From positions 25,422,001 to 25,486,000 of the forward strand of contig CM052818.1 of the NCBI GenBank assembly GCA_028534125.1: DNA of 64,000 nt, written 5' to 3'. Shown piece by piece: positions 29,605-46,342 of the stretch. Made by a program: the position numbers and the translations under genes. The notes beneath the pieces were generated by a model, which was not told the DNA's origin, did not search any database, and was given only the letters and a program-made list of their open reading frames with translations. Each line of letters starts with the position of its first letter. Within the stretch, counting starts at the first letter, position 1. Origin of the DNA: Lama glama. Taxonomy: Eukaryota.

Positions 29605-29810
29605 TAAATTGTACATTATCATTTACAAGTGCTTTGATTTTTAATAACCCCATAAAATAGGCAAGGTAGGCTTTTTATAAGCTCATATGACAGATAGGAA
29701 AAGTGAGGCTTAGAAGTCAAGTAATTTGCCCCAAAGTCACACAGAAAGTAGAGTCAAATTTTGATCCTAGGTTTTGTGTCTTTCAGGTTCCTCTCCACTG
29801 TATTGCATCC
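29605..29810 (-). mobile_element. MIR
   Basis: acagataggaaaagtgaggcttagaagtcaagtaatttgccccaaagtcacacag. Confidence 0.65.
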
Positions 29811-30120
29811 TTCTCGGTATATTTATCTTCCTTAGCATCCTATTGTTTTACAACATCAGTGTTGGATTCAGAAATCTAATACCAAGTTACATACCTCAAA
29901 AAAAATCTCATCTGTGTGTGTCTACTGCTGTGCCAAGTCCTACGATAGTTAAAAAGATAATTTATGTATTTTTTTCAGTAAAATGCATCTGAGAAACTGC
30001 ATATTATTGCCTGTCACAGACTATAACATCTTGTAACAGTGCTTCTACTCCTTTTTTTTTTCCCCAGTGGAAAATTTGGTTATATTTGATATGGATAGTA
30101 ATACATAAGAAAGAAAATGA

Positions 30121-30408
<288 letters not shown>

Positions 30409-31176
30409 TGAATATTTTCACTTTTTAAACAGTCCTTCTTTTCATCCTGAATATTGTGTAAATTCAGGGATCCCAGTTCCCTCCTCAAGTAAACAATGAA
30501 GAAAATAGTTTTAGTGACAAGCTTGGTCTTTCAGAGGAAGTGACATCAAAGCCAAGAGAATTTGTTATTGTTTGAAAAACCTTTCATATTTGTGCATTTT
30601 CCTTGCATACTCCCAGACCAGACCTCCTGAGAGTCAACTGGTAAGCTAAAGGAGAGATAGAGCAAATGTATTGGGTAGATTTATGTCAACATCATTATTC
30701 TGTCAAAGTAAAATTAGTAGTGTCCTTTATTTTAGGGATTATATAACTCAAGGCATTAATTCAGATAATACTGCTTCCAGTTTTCTAATTACAATGTATG
30801 TATTTTAGTTAGCTTTAGGTATTGTCCACTTAAATATTTCTAGATAATTTTTTTTAAAGCTCTTAAATTACTTTTTTTCCCACTCTATTGGGCTACTTTT
30901 TAATACTTGACATTCTAAATATTTAGTAGCTATAGTAGAAATAATCATTCTGTAGCTTAATTTATAGGGCAGAATTTTGTTAGTAGTCAGTTGTTCTTTT
31001 TAGAGCACTAAAAAAAGTCTTACTGTGTTTGCTTTAGTTTCCAAAATTCTGTATGTTGTAACACTGATATATTTGGAGAATTAGTGAAAACCTTCTCAGT
31101 GGAACTTTTCAAAATACACTTTTGCACTGGCCTTTCTTTACATGAATTATAGTTTCCCTGTCATCTGTACTAATAA

Positions 31177-31899
<723 letters not shown>

Positions 31900-34800
31900 T
31901 GATTTTTTCTTTGCTGCACAGGTCATTGTGCCTAAAATAGAAAGCGAACTAACAACAAAAGACTCCGCATTATCAGAGTTCATTTTCCTTTGACTAAAAA
32001 TACAGCCATTTCATATGTCTTTTAAATTTTACAGTTTTTCTACTACATTTACATATATTATTTTTAACTTTATAGCCAGAGTTATAAATGAAGTTACTTG
32101 GTTAAATGTGCCCAGGTAGTGGCAGAAACAAGACTAAAAGTAGTGATAAATCATCATTAGGGTCTAAAAATCTTTTTACTCCATTACTTCTTTTTCGTTT
32201 TCTTCTCTTTCCGTTACTGAGATTATAAAAATTTTAATATATATCCATCACCAGAATTGTGCTGGTAGTACAAATATACACAGCGTTGCTTTTTATGGAT
32301 TTCCATTCCCCAAATTTAATAAATTTAGCAAACGTGGGAGTCATTTAAGTTTTCAGTATTTTTTGCTTTTTACAACTGATGATATTTAGAAAACAGTTTC
32401 ACCTTAGCAGGGCAGTTTTTAGAGATAAACTTAGGGATTTGAGGGGTGTTCCTAGGGGGCTGAGACATGTTTGTCTCTAAGTAGGCTGAATCAAATACAC
32501 TGTTTGAGAGGTAAGAAACAAACACAACGATGCACTTTTTTTAAGTAATTTTTTTCTCCTGATAAAGTAAAAAAAATGATAATTCAATGTTCTTCACCTT
32601 CCTGACTTAGTAGGAAGTTTGCTAATTGTAAAATACTGTGAAAAGAGCACTGAATTTAGATTTACACCGTCACTTTATCATAGTTTCTTAAGGCCTTAGA
32701 ACCTTAGTTTTCATCTCAAAAATGACCATCACAACAGCTCCCTTAGAATGTCATTGGAAAGAATAAATGAAATATTATATATGAAAGCTGTTTAAGAAAT
32801 ATAAACTTATTTTTCAAGAATGCTTTTATTACAAAGACATAAAATCAGATGTGACTCATAAATAACATAAATGCTATTAAATAGTTGAATGTGTAAGTTA
32901 ACCTCCATCTGCAGACTTTTTGCTTAAATATATTTCTATCTCTAGGAGATGTGTATTTCTGGGGAATTTTTTGTTTTCCAGTTTTTGAAGTTCTTTAAAT
33001 GGGTTCTCAGTTCTCTCTGGAAACTGCTCTGGCACCAGTTAAATTAAACTTTTAAAGATATCCATTAACTAATCCACTGTAATAAAGATGAATGGTATTC
33101 AATAATGTTCATTTGTTCAGTTTATTAAATGTCCAGTCAGAATTACTTATATGGCCTGGAAACTATCAGGACCACCTTGCAAAAAAGTAAAATTAAGTTG
33201 GAATATTTTTATCAGTGATATCAGAACACTTTATAAATGTAATCTGTTTCATTATCTCCACATGTCTCTGGGGTAGATAAGCCAGTGTTCTGTTTTGTTT
33301 TTAATTTTTATTTGACCTCTAGTTGGTAGTTCTTTTGCTAGCCTTTTCCATAGTAAAATAATAGTGTTTTCCATAGGCTGATTTTAAAAGCAGTTTGTGT
33401 TAAGTGTACACCATTTGGTAGTAGCAGGCAGTAACTGAAATATGTTGAATATAGTGAAAGAAGATTCTGGGTGATTTTTCACCTAGAAACTTCTGCAGTT
33501 AGTGTATTTATTTTGCTGACCGCCCCCCCCCCAAATCAAAGTACAGGAAATTTAAATAAGCTGCCTAGGATTTTACATGAAAAAGTAATAGATTATACTG
33601 TCATCATTTTTTACAGTTACAAAACTGATTTTGAGCGGTACAATTTTCAGTAATTAGTATGACCTACCTATTTAGTTGATCACCAACTTCTTTATCTAGA
33701 ATACAACTGGAGAAGTGTTTTATTAAATTACCTGAAATTTGTGGCTGCAAAGTAGTTATTTCATTGCTAACTTCTTAAGGGATTTTTAAGGTTATGAAAG
33801 TTCAAGTTCTTCTTGCCATATTATTCTGATTTTTGTGTCTTAGAAGATGCATAGAATTTTTTAGCATAAGCATTCTAAACTGTTAATCATTTTATTTTAA
33901 ATATCTTTGTTTTGAGTTCTTAACTGTTTAAAATAAAATTAATTCTCAGATTTTTATCTTTGTGAGACAAGTACTACTAATTTTTTTTCCTGTGGAGCAA
34001 TACAAGTGGCAAGTGCTAAAGAAGTCTTGCTAGTGTTTACTATGACAAGTCAGTGGGATTTGATTTGGAAAGCATTTTCAAATTTCAAAATTTTTAACAT
34101 AATTGTTTCTTTAAAACTCTATTGTTAATGATAGAATTTTCATTAAACTGCTTGCTTTATTTCAGAGAACTTATGATTATTAATAAGCAGTTGAAGAACT
34201 AGTTATTTCTTTTCTGGGGAACTATGCTTCATTTTGTTTCTTTTTTTGAATGCAGACACTTTAAAATAAACAAAACCTGAACAAGCATAGCTGATAGTTT
34301 TTCTTTAGACTTGGCAATCTTCTCTCCTTAATATACACAACGCTAGTCAAGTCTGTAGACACAGTACCTTTGCTATGGTGTTTTATTAGTACTTTTGATA
34401 ATTGTTCTCTTTGATATTAATTTTTAGCTTTTGAATAGAATAATATTTTAAGTGATTTTATTTCTAGTTAATATAAAACACTTAAATTTCTAGATTTATA
34501 GAACTTTGCAAAGTTAAGTGTATTCAAATTTAAATTGACAAGATTTTTTACTTGTTTAAAATGTGAAAGTTTAAAAAAATCCCTTACATTAATTTCTTAA
34601 AGAAGAAAAAGCCAGTGTTGGCTTTAGAAGTATTGTAGCTAAGTTTTTTGACATTTTTGTTTTCTGTCTTCTTTTGAAGCTTAATTGAATATGTTAACTT
34701 ATGTCATAAGAATATTATTAGTATAACTGAAACCCATAAGCAGCTTTCATGAGTTGAGGTTTACAGTACACACAAATAATTACTGTTAGCTAATTTGGGC

Positions 34801-37739
34801 TCTTCTGTAAAGTCTATGAGTGAATGTATTACTGACAATATAAAATGTTTTTAATAGACCATGTATAAACTTGTAAAACATGAAAGCGGTTAACTTTTAA
34901 GGTCTTTTCCAGCTCAAATGGACTCTTGATAATGATAATAATCATTGTTATCATAATACAGTCATTATCATAGTAATGATAATAGATCAGGTAACCATTT
35001 GTTTTAAGAACTGTTTGTTCTTTTTAATTTTGGTTCAGTTGGTTGGTAGGTATTTTTATCCAAGAACATGTAGTGCAAGTTGTGGCTTACACTGAAACAA
35101 AAGCTAAAATTTAGCTTGCATATTTTTATTACATTGAATAGAATTATAATAAAAGCATTGGCTCTAATACATGAGAAAATTCAGTAACTAATAAGCACTA
35201 CTTACAAACATGTTTTAGATTATAGGTTGGTCAGACATTGTCTTAAAAAGCCAGAAAACTGGCTTAACCTTACTTAATTCAGACTTCACTATGGCTTCAG
35301 CCAACTTGATACCTCAAGTAATTTAACAGTACTTTTTGAAACAGAGCTATAGATCTCTGATGATCAGTCCCTGACTTTATTGACCAAAACCCAAGCCCCT
35401 GAAGGTTATGTGATTTACCAGAAATCCTATCATCTGGTAATTGCAGAACAAGGTTTCTTGACCCGTAGTACTGTGTTTTCCATCATGTTACACTGACTCA
35501 CACAAGGTGAATTTTTAAAATCATTTTTAGAGACTTTTTTACCTACAGTAAGAAAGCACAAAACAATATGCATAAAGAAGAGGAGAGTAGGAATTTCACT
35601 TCTGTTACAGAGATACAGGAAATAATGTGGTAGAAATTAATTGAGACTTAAAAGCAACATGAGTGAAGAAATGTTTGGAGATGGTATATCTGGTTTTGAT
35701 AGTCTCCTTTAGAGAAATGAGGTGACTTTGAGGTAGGGGTACTAATTCAGAACTGACATTGTATGGAAAAAGCTTTTCATACTGAAGTGTGCGAAAGGTG
35801 TTTCCCATGCATGGTGAGCTTCTCTTTTAAAGAAAATGTTATTGAAAAAACATTAGTCAGTTGATATTTTTCTTTAAAGTACTTACTGCTATTTTATGCT
35901 CTCATATAGAAAATCCACAAAAGCGTCATTAGATTTCTGTGGAGTTTGTGTCCTATACAAGCTAAGTTTGAGTGTTTTAACTTTAAAAAAAAATCTTTTG
36001 AACAATTTTTGATCAGTAGGGCAGTGCTCTTCTATTTTTAAACTCTTGATTTTTTAAAAAAGTGTTTGTGCGTCAGCATAGCGTCTGTTTCCTTTTCTAA
36101 GGAATTCAAGAGTGATTGTTTATAAATCCTTGTTGAGGAGCTTATTGTTTCTTGTGGCTTTTTAAATGGCTATATTAAAGGGGGAATTATCACATGAACA
36201 GACATCCTGATTAACAGCATTTCACTGTGGTGATGGGGGAGGGATATTCTTTACATAAATAACTTGCTATGTAATAAATATTTCATAAATATAATTGACC
36301 TTGCCAAAAAAGTTCGTGTCAATCAAAATAGGTACATAAGAAAAAAGAATGGAATTTATCACCTCAAATCTAGTATGATATATTCTAAACATTAACATAA
36401 ATATATCCTGAGTTCCTAAGATTTTGGAGAATTGTGCAAAAAAAAATTACCAGAGAATAGTTTTAGAGTGAGGAAGGCAGGCAGGTAGAAGGCCAGCAGA
36501 AAATAGTGACTACACCTCATATTTGAAATAACCTGGCCCTAGACCAGGGACTTGATGGTAGAGTTGGCAGGTATTTGTACACATAAAGAGGTTGCATAGA
36601 CAGAGGAAAGCAGAGCAGCTAGTAAACATGGTGGAAATCTTAGTGCAGGGCTTTGAGAGTCAGGTAGAAAAGAGTGTTACCTAAAATGAAGAAGAAAAAC
36701 TACAGAGAACATTTTTGCCATTGCTCATATTGAAGTCTATTAGGGGTTATATTTGAGAAAGAGGTTTGTGGAATTACATCCACAATAAACAGAACAAGGG
36801 GAATATCTAAATAGTCGATTTTCATTTTCTCCACAAATATCTGACCAAGTCATCCTGGCTTTTGTGTTTTTAATGCATTTGCCTTCCCTTTCTCTAAAGC
36901 ATCATCTTATAATATAGGTAGGTAACTGCTACCCTGCAACCAACAGAGGCAGTGTAAAACTTAGCTTTCCTCATTGTCTGATAAACATTAAGTAGGTGTT
37001 GTTTTTCTACGAAATTATATAACCTGTCCTTATTGGTGGGTATTTAAAATATCAAATTATTTTAGTCCTTTGTATCATCAAAAAGATAAAGCTCCCCAAT
37101 GGTTAGCATGACATGATATATGTTACTCTCCCTGAAAAGGGGAAATCAATAGAATTAAAAATAGCTTCTAGAATATGTACCCTTTTTGTGTAAAATTTCA
37201 AATTCAGATATGTCCTCTCAGTGTAAGTTTTGCATTCATTAGTAATTTTCTGCTGCTTTAGACTAAAAATAGAACCTAATTTAATACAAACCTGGGAATA
37301 CATGCAGCCTTTAGGATATTTTTTGAAAGAGTTTAAACTTAAGCCAAATTTCCTTGGTTTATTTTTAGCTTCTGCTGTTTTTTCTTTCTAATCAAGCTAA
37401 AAACAACTTAAACTTGAGTTACTTTAGAAGTTAATACAACAGTGATGATTGTGGGAGTGTTTATTTCACCGCCAGCTTCAGAAACTCCTCTTCTGAATAC
37501 AGTGTACAGGAAGGTACAGCTGCTACTTCCTAAAATCTGGAAGAAGGCTTAACAAGAATTACAGAATCACAATTAGACTGCTAATTTTTCAATGACTTTA
37601 GTGCCTTTAACCAAGATTAGCTACATTCTGGATTAAATCATTTATGTAAATTTATGTCGTGATTCGATAACTCATGGATTCATTCTTTATAATTAGGTCT
37701 TATAGCTATGGGAACCTTAACAGATCCTTTAATCCAGGG

Positions 37740-37945
37740 AGGTTATATGATATGGTAGAAAAAAGCAATAAATCAGGGATCACATGATCTAGATTCTGGT
37801 TTCATCTCTGTTGCTCTGCTGTGTGACTTTAGGTAACTTAGTTACTTCTCTCATATGTAGAAAGGGAAAAAACAAGAGCGGTCCTGCTCACTTCACAGAA
37901 ATCATATGGAGTGGATTTTGTGAATGCTCTTTGAAATCATTACAT
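37740..37945 (+). mobile_element. MIR
   Basis: gatctagattctggtttcatctctg...ctgtgtgactttaggtaacttag. Confidence 0.5.
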
Positions 37946-39947
37946 AACAGTCACCAGGTGTTGATGTGATCCCCTTTTGACTGATGGCACTGAGGCACAT
38001 CATGACTTTCCCAGCATTGTCATCAGTTACTAAAGTACTGAAATGGCCAGAAGTTTTGGTATAAAATGAAGAGACTGTTTTAGAATATTTTGCCTTTTAA
38101 AAATAGCCAGTTTTCTTAAAGCATTCGTTAATTCACTTAAACTTGCTTTTATTGTTTTTCAACTTAAATTATCTTTGATATCCCACAAGTTTTTAGCCTG
38201 ACTTAGGTGGCATTTGAGAAGTGAATCTAGATATTGAGTTTAGACTTTTAGGCTGAACTTTTCTTTTAAAAAGGAAGAGATCATCCTTAATTTGAAACAC
38301 AACTCAGGGATATTTGGACTAAGTACTAAGGGTCTATACTAAGGGTCTGGCTTCTCCAACAGTGACAGCTCAGTGTCTCTACAGTGGCCACTACTTTTGC
38401 TTCCTAAACACATGATGTTTGAAGTAGCCTCACCTTAACAAATAGATTTGCAGAACAGGAAGAAGATTCTTGAAAGGGAGGATTGTGATGAAACCGATAT
38501 AAATCTCTGTTTTAAAATCTTGTACAGCCTTCTGTTTTAAAATCTTTTCTTCTGGATGAGACATTAGTCTTTAACGTTTGAGGAACTCTGTAACTGAAGA
38601 CAAACAATAAAATACCAACAGAAAGGAAATTACTAAAGGATTGTATCTATTTAAATTACTTTTATCAGTAACCCACTCTAGCCTCAGAAGGTATAAAATT
38701 AAGAGAGAGGAGGGGTATTAAAAACCAATATATTTTTTATTATGTAAATTTTTCTTTAACTCAAAAATGTATTATAATCTTAAATTCAAGGTTGTCTGAT
38801 ACTTAAATCAACTCATTATCTTGATGACCACATACACCAATAGGCTGGAAATAGATTTATATTTTATGATAAATCCATGAATTTGATTTTGGGGGTGGGG
38901 GAAGTTAATATAATTATTTTACTTTAAGGCTAAATTTAGGCGTTAATCAAAGAGAATCAGACTAAATAGAAATTTCCAAACAAATGAATTCTGATTCTTG
39001 CTAAATCCTATGCTAATAAAAGACACTATGTTTCTTATGAAGAATCCATAGTATGTAGCCTAACAAAAATAAAGATAGTTGCTACCCTCAATGAATTTAT
39101 CATTAAATTAGAGCTTACCAGCCCATAGTGATGTAAAATAGGAAACTGACACTCCCAATAAAAAAAAAGTTAATGAACTCTCCCCTCCTTTTTAAAGACT
39201 TACAACTAAATGCAGACCTTGATGAAATTTGAGTTGTAGAAGTGAGTGGGTTTTTTTCCATTATGGGAAGATGTCTCCCCCCCTCCCCCGTTTATGCAGA
39301 TGACGGCCCAGGTCTCTTGTGCTGATGACAGCAGCCTTTCTCCACAACTTGGGAGAATACTGCCAAGGAGAGACTGGAATAGGCAGGCCTGGAGAAGTGA
39401 CCACACTCAGTCAGCTTCCTGCTTTACTTCATGGAGATGTGAATGAAAAGTAGGTCCTTTCATGGAAGGGGTTGAAGATGCCTACTCTTATGATTGAACT
39501 TTCACTGTGTCTACTAGAAATATAAGTAATTAAAAGTTGTGAATAGAACCAAATCAACATATTCTCACACATTTAATAGTTTTAATAACTTACAGGTATT
39601 TATAAGCATCTTATAGCAGTTTTAATTAAACCCCCTACAAATAAAACAGTTTTGAAACTGCATTTAACTTAATCTACAACATCATAAGATCCAATTTCTT
39701 TATACTTCTGTGACCAATAATGAGTTTAAGATCAGCTGGTCAGAATGCAGAGGTCAAGAAATAAGTTGACTTGAAATTTGCTATCAGTGGTTTTGCCACT
39801 AATTTAGGAAGTAGTTAAAACTAGCAGTTCATTACAAAGTCCACAGCATTCTATGTGATCAGAATATTTTGGGACTTTTAAAATTAAGTTTTTAAATATT
39901 TAATCTCTTTTGAAAATGTAAATAATAGTTTTAATCATTCTGAATAA

Positions 39948-40100
<153 letters not shown>

Positions 40101-40784
40101 TGAGATTGGGTTAAGATTTTATCTGTTTCTTGGAAATATATTGAATGAGCTTTAAATTGTAATGAATATTTTAAGAAAAAATATCTCCTAGATGACCATT
40201 TATTTTATAATATGTTAACTGTGATTATTTAAATACGAAAATAAGCATCCTTTTTACCTGAAAACTCAGTGTGTGAAGTTTCAAATTTACAGAATCAGTC
40301 AAACTAAAGAGCTATATAAAAATGTTGAATTTAGGCTCTGGAAATTCGAATTTTAATGATTTAAATGTTCTAAACAGAATTTTTCAAATATATTACATAT
40401 TGAGAAAAATGGAGTGAACAACTACTATAATCAAGAAAAGTGTTTCATCCAACCAAAGAGCAGCCAGCTTCTCAAAAATTATCTTTAAACAGTTTTCTGT
40501 TGGCTGATTTAGAGTAATTACAGAAGCCAGAACTGAACATCATTTCCTTAACTTTATAATCACATCTATTTTTAGACTTTGCATGTATTCTTTATTATGT
40601 TTCTAGTTAGCTTTATCTGTATTGGCAAGTATTAATTTCTTTTTAAAAAATTAAAATAAGATCATTAACCTTTACATTATAGAAACCTCACGTTTTCAAT
40701 GATGTGTATATCCTCAGTAATTTTTTTTATGGTGTCTCTTGATTGTGCTGACTAATAAAAAGGTTTTTTATTTGTATAATTTGA

Positions 40785-40949
<165 letters not shown>

Positions 40950-41141
40950 TAAGCATTAAATAAATAACTGAGGTAAATAAGCCTTTTTTGAACTTTTGTG
41001 TCAGAGTTGAAGTAAATAGGATCTTTCCCAAACGAGGAAGTAACAAGTAAAACGAGTGAAGTAAAGAGGAATTATCAGAAATTACTGTATAAGTCTTAAC
41101 TAACATAGACTTTTGAAAGTGGTAAGCCATGTATAAAATTA

Positions 41142-41340
41142 AAGTTGACCCTTGAACAATGTGGAGGTTAGGGGCACAGATGCTTGGCACAGTAGAAAGT
41201 CTACATGCCAAATGTGTGGTTCTGTGTCCCCAGATTCAACCACCTGCGTATGGTGTAGTATGGTACAAATTTAATGGAAAAAAAAATCTAATTATAAATA
41301 TACCCATGCAGTTCACACCCCGTTATTCAAGAGTCAACTG
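41142..41340. mobile_element. MER8/Tigger-family MITE inside the 499-nt intron 12
   Basis: TIRs AGTTGACCCTTGAACAA / TTATTCAAGAGTCAACTG with flanking TA. Confidence 0.8.
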
Positions 41341-41394
41341 TATTTAATTTGGTAAAAGTTACTCTGTTTTCATTTATAACATTCGTTGTGATAA

Positions 41395-41571
<177 letters not shown>

Positions 41572-41769
41572 TAATCTTTATATGTAATAAAAGTACCAAT
41601 ATGGTGATTATCGATTGATGTTACTACTCCTCAGTGTGGTTAAACGATACTTATAATAGTGCCAGCATAACCAACTGAAAAAGTTAAAAGTTGTTCAGTA
41701 GTCACCCTGTTGATCTAATGAATTTTCATTTAGTCTATCAACTTCCTGGTTATTATGCATAACATATCA

Positions 41770-41960
41770 GAGAGGCAGCAGAGCATACTGAACTGAGAGC
41801 TGAGAAATGACTTGTGTCGCAAACAGTGCCGCTCACCAGATAAATGACTTTGGGCAAAATCATTTTGATTTTTTAGACTTGAGTTTCCTCATCAGTAACA
41901 TAAGAGACTAGGCCTGATGATCTCCAGAGTTTCCCTTCTGGTTTTAAAGATTCTGTGATT
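41770..41960 (+). mobile_element. MIR/MIR3
   Basis: gagaggcagcagagcatact...tgactttgggcaaaatc...gagtttcctcatcagtaa. Confidence 0.55.
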
Positions 41961-42582
41961 GTATAGAATAGGTCAAAGTATGGTCTACACAAATTTGTTC
42001 CTGTTTCCACTGAACTTTCTAAATGAGAATCAGAAAATAAAGGGTTAAATAATAGTACTTTCATGCATAGTACAAAACAAGGCCACATCAAAAACTCACA
42101 CAAAATGAAGGAATCAGTTCTCTGGCACTGTTTGGTTTATAAAATGCAATGTTAGTTAGATTAGTGTATGTTAGTGTTAGATTAGTGTATGTTATTAATG
42201 TATTTATGTATGTTAGTTGATGATGTATGATTTCTCCTTATAAATCTCATTTGTGGAGGATATATCTTCTGGGGGGAAGAATTATGAAACAGTATTTTGA
42301 ACTGAAGTTCAGAATAGTAGATGTGAAATTTTTCTACAAATAAATTACTTTCTAATTTTATTTAGAAAAGATATGGAAGAATATTTACCAAAGTATCAAT
42401 AGTGGTTACCCACATGAAGAAAAATGAGATTGTGATAGGAAACAGAGAGATGGTAAAGGGGAACTTCTATCTTTTAATTTTGATCATTTTGAACTTTTTA
42501 TAGCAAAGATATATTCAGATATCACTTGTCTGATTTTAAACTATTTTAAAAAAATTAAAATACAAATAAATATTATTTGTAA

Positions 42583-42831
<249 letters not shown>

Positions 42832-43039
42832 TGATATTCAAGGTGAAAAAATCATTTCAAAGGAGTTAATTTCTTCAAATGAAATGCTGATTTCTGCCAT
42901 ATAGGATTGTTATAAGACATAAATGAGTGTCTTGTAATAAGGCCTGATGTATAGAAGGCTCCTCTTCTTTCACTCCCTGATCCCCTTTGCATCGTCCGGA
43001 TTTACAGCTTCTCTTTGTAGTCACCCCTAGTTGGTAGAA

Positions 43040-43265
43040 CTAATAAGTTCAGATCCTGGCTTTACCAATTGCTTACTTGGTATCCTTGAGCAGTTTTAAC
43101 CTTGTGTAACTTCTGTCCCTCTGCTGCTTAGTTTCCTCAAGAGTAAAATGGGGCTAATGATAGTACCTACTCCTGGAACTGTTGTGAGGTTTAAAATAGT
43201 CCATATATTTCCAATGCTTAGCACGTTGCCCAGTGCAGATGAAGAGCTCAGCGAGTTAGCTACTG
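43040..43265 (+). mobile_element. MIR
   Basis: gttcagatcctggctttacca...tagtttcctcaagagtaaaatggggctaatgatagtacctac...gttgtgaggttta. Confidence 0.7.
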
Positions 43266-43926
43266 CCAATATCCTTGTGAGTTTAAGTCATGACCACTTA
43301 TAGCCTTTTTTAGTTTTTCTACATTGATATAACCACTATCTCAAAAAATGTCTGTTTCTAGTTTTAAACAGGGACTACTTAGAATCTCAAGCTGTTTTTC
43401 TAATAACTAAATGAAAAAAGGAACTAAGTTGATAGATCTCCTCCCACCAAAGATCATCACTATCCCCCAAATCAGTGTTAGAATCTGTTTTACTCTTTCC
43501 CAGGACCTTTTTGAGATAGGATTTTTCCCCTCCTTTAGAAAGAAAAAAAATTACAAGTTGCAGTGATTACTATACCCTCATTGGACTGACTGTTATAACA
43601 GCTATCATTTAAAAGGATGATCCCAAACTACTTTGTCACCCTAATTTGTTAGATAATATTTATAAGTGCTGGGAAAGATACTATGAAGAAATCCCAACCT
43701 TGTTCAAAGCAAAATGCTACTATAAAGGAAAAAAAAAAAACCCAAGGGTATATACATTCAAAAAAATTTTAAGTCTATAGAAAAAGATGCAAAAATACAA
43801 TTTTTTTCATACCTTGTTTTCATAAACCTTTTTTTTTTGGTGTAAGAGAAAAGTTTATATGGGAATTTAGTTTTAATTTATCTTATTTACTTAACAAAAC
43901 AGTCATACTAGAGGGAAAAGTATTAA

Positions 43927-44073
<147 letters not shown>

Positions 44074-44149
44074 TAAGTATTACTGACCTTCTTACACTTC
44101 ATAGCAGTCAGCTATGTTAGAAATTTCAGTGCAGTGCTATTTCTGCATC

Positions 44150-46342
44150 ATGTCTTTTTTTTGTCCCTCTATTTCTCCTTTCTTTTACACTCAGTGAATA
44201 ATTTTCTAATGAAGCATTTTAAAGGTTTTTTTTTTAGTGATTGCTTTTAGGTTTACCACATACATCTTAACCAGAATTAGCTTCAGATCTATACCAGCTT
44301 AATTCCAATGATATATAGAAAGGTTACTCCTCTATAGCCCTATTCCCGTTCCTCCTTCTTTAGGGTATTGTCTTATGTTATGTAGATCTAACAATGCATT
44401 GTTATAATTATTGTTTTACCATTTACCCTCATTTTCTGGGCCCATTACTGCTTTGCTTTCACCCACTCTTTGTGTAGTTATTAGCAATATGCCTCACATA
44501 AATAACATTTCTATGTTACAGGCCTGACAATACATTTCATTTCATATTACTTTATACAGTTGGTTTTTAGATCAATTAAAGAGATGCAGTAAGGGAAAAA
44601 ATAGCCATTTAATCACATAATTACCTTTTCTGCTGCTCTTTATGTGGATTCATATTACCATCTGGGGTCACTTGCTTTCAGCCTGAAGAACTTGGGTTAA
44701 TATTTCTTGTATGGTGGGTCGCTAGCAACAAACTCTCAGTTGTTGTTTATCTGGGAAAGTCTATATTTTGCCTTCATTTTTTAAACAATACCTCTGTCTT
44801 CAAGTTTAACTATTACTTCTGCGAATTCAAATTGACTGTTAGGTCCCTCTAGTAAATTTTTTAATTATTGTACCTTTCAAATCCAGTTTCCATTTGGTTT
44901 CTTTTCTAATTCCTGTGTCTTTTATGATACTCTCTATTGATGCACATTGTCATCATACCTCCCTTTACTTTTTACATCATCCTTTCCTTTGGTTCTGTGA
45001 ACATATTCATAATAGCTACTCTGAAATCTTTTTGTTGTTAAATTTGACATCTGATCTGTCTTACAGGCAGTTACTTGTTCCCTGCTTTTTTTCCCAGTGA
45101 AGCTTCACATTTTAGAAAATAAACTGTAACAATTTGAAGTACTGCTCTTCCTACCCGCAAGGCTTGTTCCTGTTACTGCTTGTTCATTTGTTTAGTAATT
45201 AGCTGGATTATTTTAGTGAAGCCTGTTCCTCCCACACCCCTGACACTGAGATGTTAAACTGAAATGTTCTTCTTCTGGGAGGTAGAGATTTGGGTATGCC
45301 CACAGTCACCCTAAAAAGGCAGTGATGAAGGTAGGGCTTTCTTTCCCGTCCTTGACCAAGCTCAGTTGTTAAGTTCCATTAATTGCCAGCTGATGGCTCC
45401 GTTATTTTCAACAATTACCTTGTGGCATAAATTGCTCTGCAAACTAATCCAATCAAGTTGTGACTCCTGAAGGAATGTTTTCTGAGGTCTCCGTTATGTG
45501 TTCTAACCCCAGGAGGGGTCCTTCCAGCTGTCTTATTCTCTGATTTTCTCCTGCAAGCTAGTTGGCGCTCTGTCCAGGCTGTATCTTCATTAGATCCACG
45601 AATCTTCTGAATTGCCCTTCACCATCACCTTCACTGTTCTTGAGGTGTTCCTTAGGTTAAAACTTCTCCGCACTTTGTTGCAAATGACAGACTAGGAGCT
45701 GTTTGAGCCTGGACTCTGGAGCTGGAGATAGTGACAGGCTACTCTCTGAGTGACAGTCCTCTTCTAGGAACTGAGTGCTCGTGGTTGGTAGGGTGGTGAG
45801 AGATTTGGTGTGTGTGCACATCCTCCCACAGTAGCCTGAGGTCCTCTTGGCTTGCTTCTCCTGGCGTGGAGCCACTGTCTTGGGAATCGAGAAGGGATGT
45901 CTTCCCACTGCTGTTAGTATACCACTCAGGGTAGAGCCTCTGTTCCATGTGGGAGTTAGGCAGAATCTATACTCTATACTTGGGGCTTAGCTTCAGCAGC
46001 TGGCATCTGGGGGCAGGATGAGAAATGCGGAAATCCTGCTCCTCCAGGGAAGAAAGCCTTCAGCTGGGAGCCAGGGGGATAGAGAGCCCCACTACCCACC
46101 CCTACCCGCACACAAGGGTCTCTGAGAGGAAGAGGGGGGCAGTCTTGGTTCATATACCACAGACTCTTACCTCTCTTACTGACTTGTTGTAGATTTTCCT
46201 GAATAGATGTTTCTTTACTTGCCATTTGCTCTTAGGGCCATTACCAGAGATTGCTGGAACTTCATATATAATTATATGTATAATTTTTACCAGTTTCACT
46301 GAGGAGTAAGCAGAACTCCTTACACGGTCATGTCAGAAGTCC
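44150..46342 (-). mobile_element. Old L1M (ORF1 and 5' UTR), antisense
   Basis: ctttcagcctgaagaact...agcaacaaactctcagttg...tatctgggaaagtctatattttgccttcattt; GC-rich 5' UTR-like block at ~45650-46200. Confidence 0.7.

Noticed and set aside
42155..42194. Short local duplications (gttagattagtgtatgtta x2; similar at ~7690, ~21285, ~38325, ~38510)
   Set aside because: Two-copy slippage duplications with no array or spacer structure; not CRISPR-like.
45657..46225. Three clustered minus-strand ORFs
   Set aside because: They fall inside an old L1 5' UTR, where GC richness explains the open frames.
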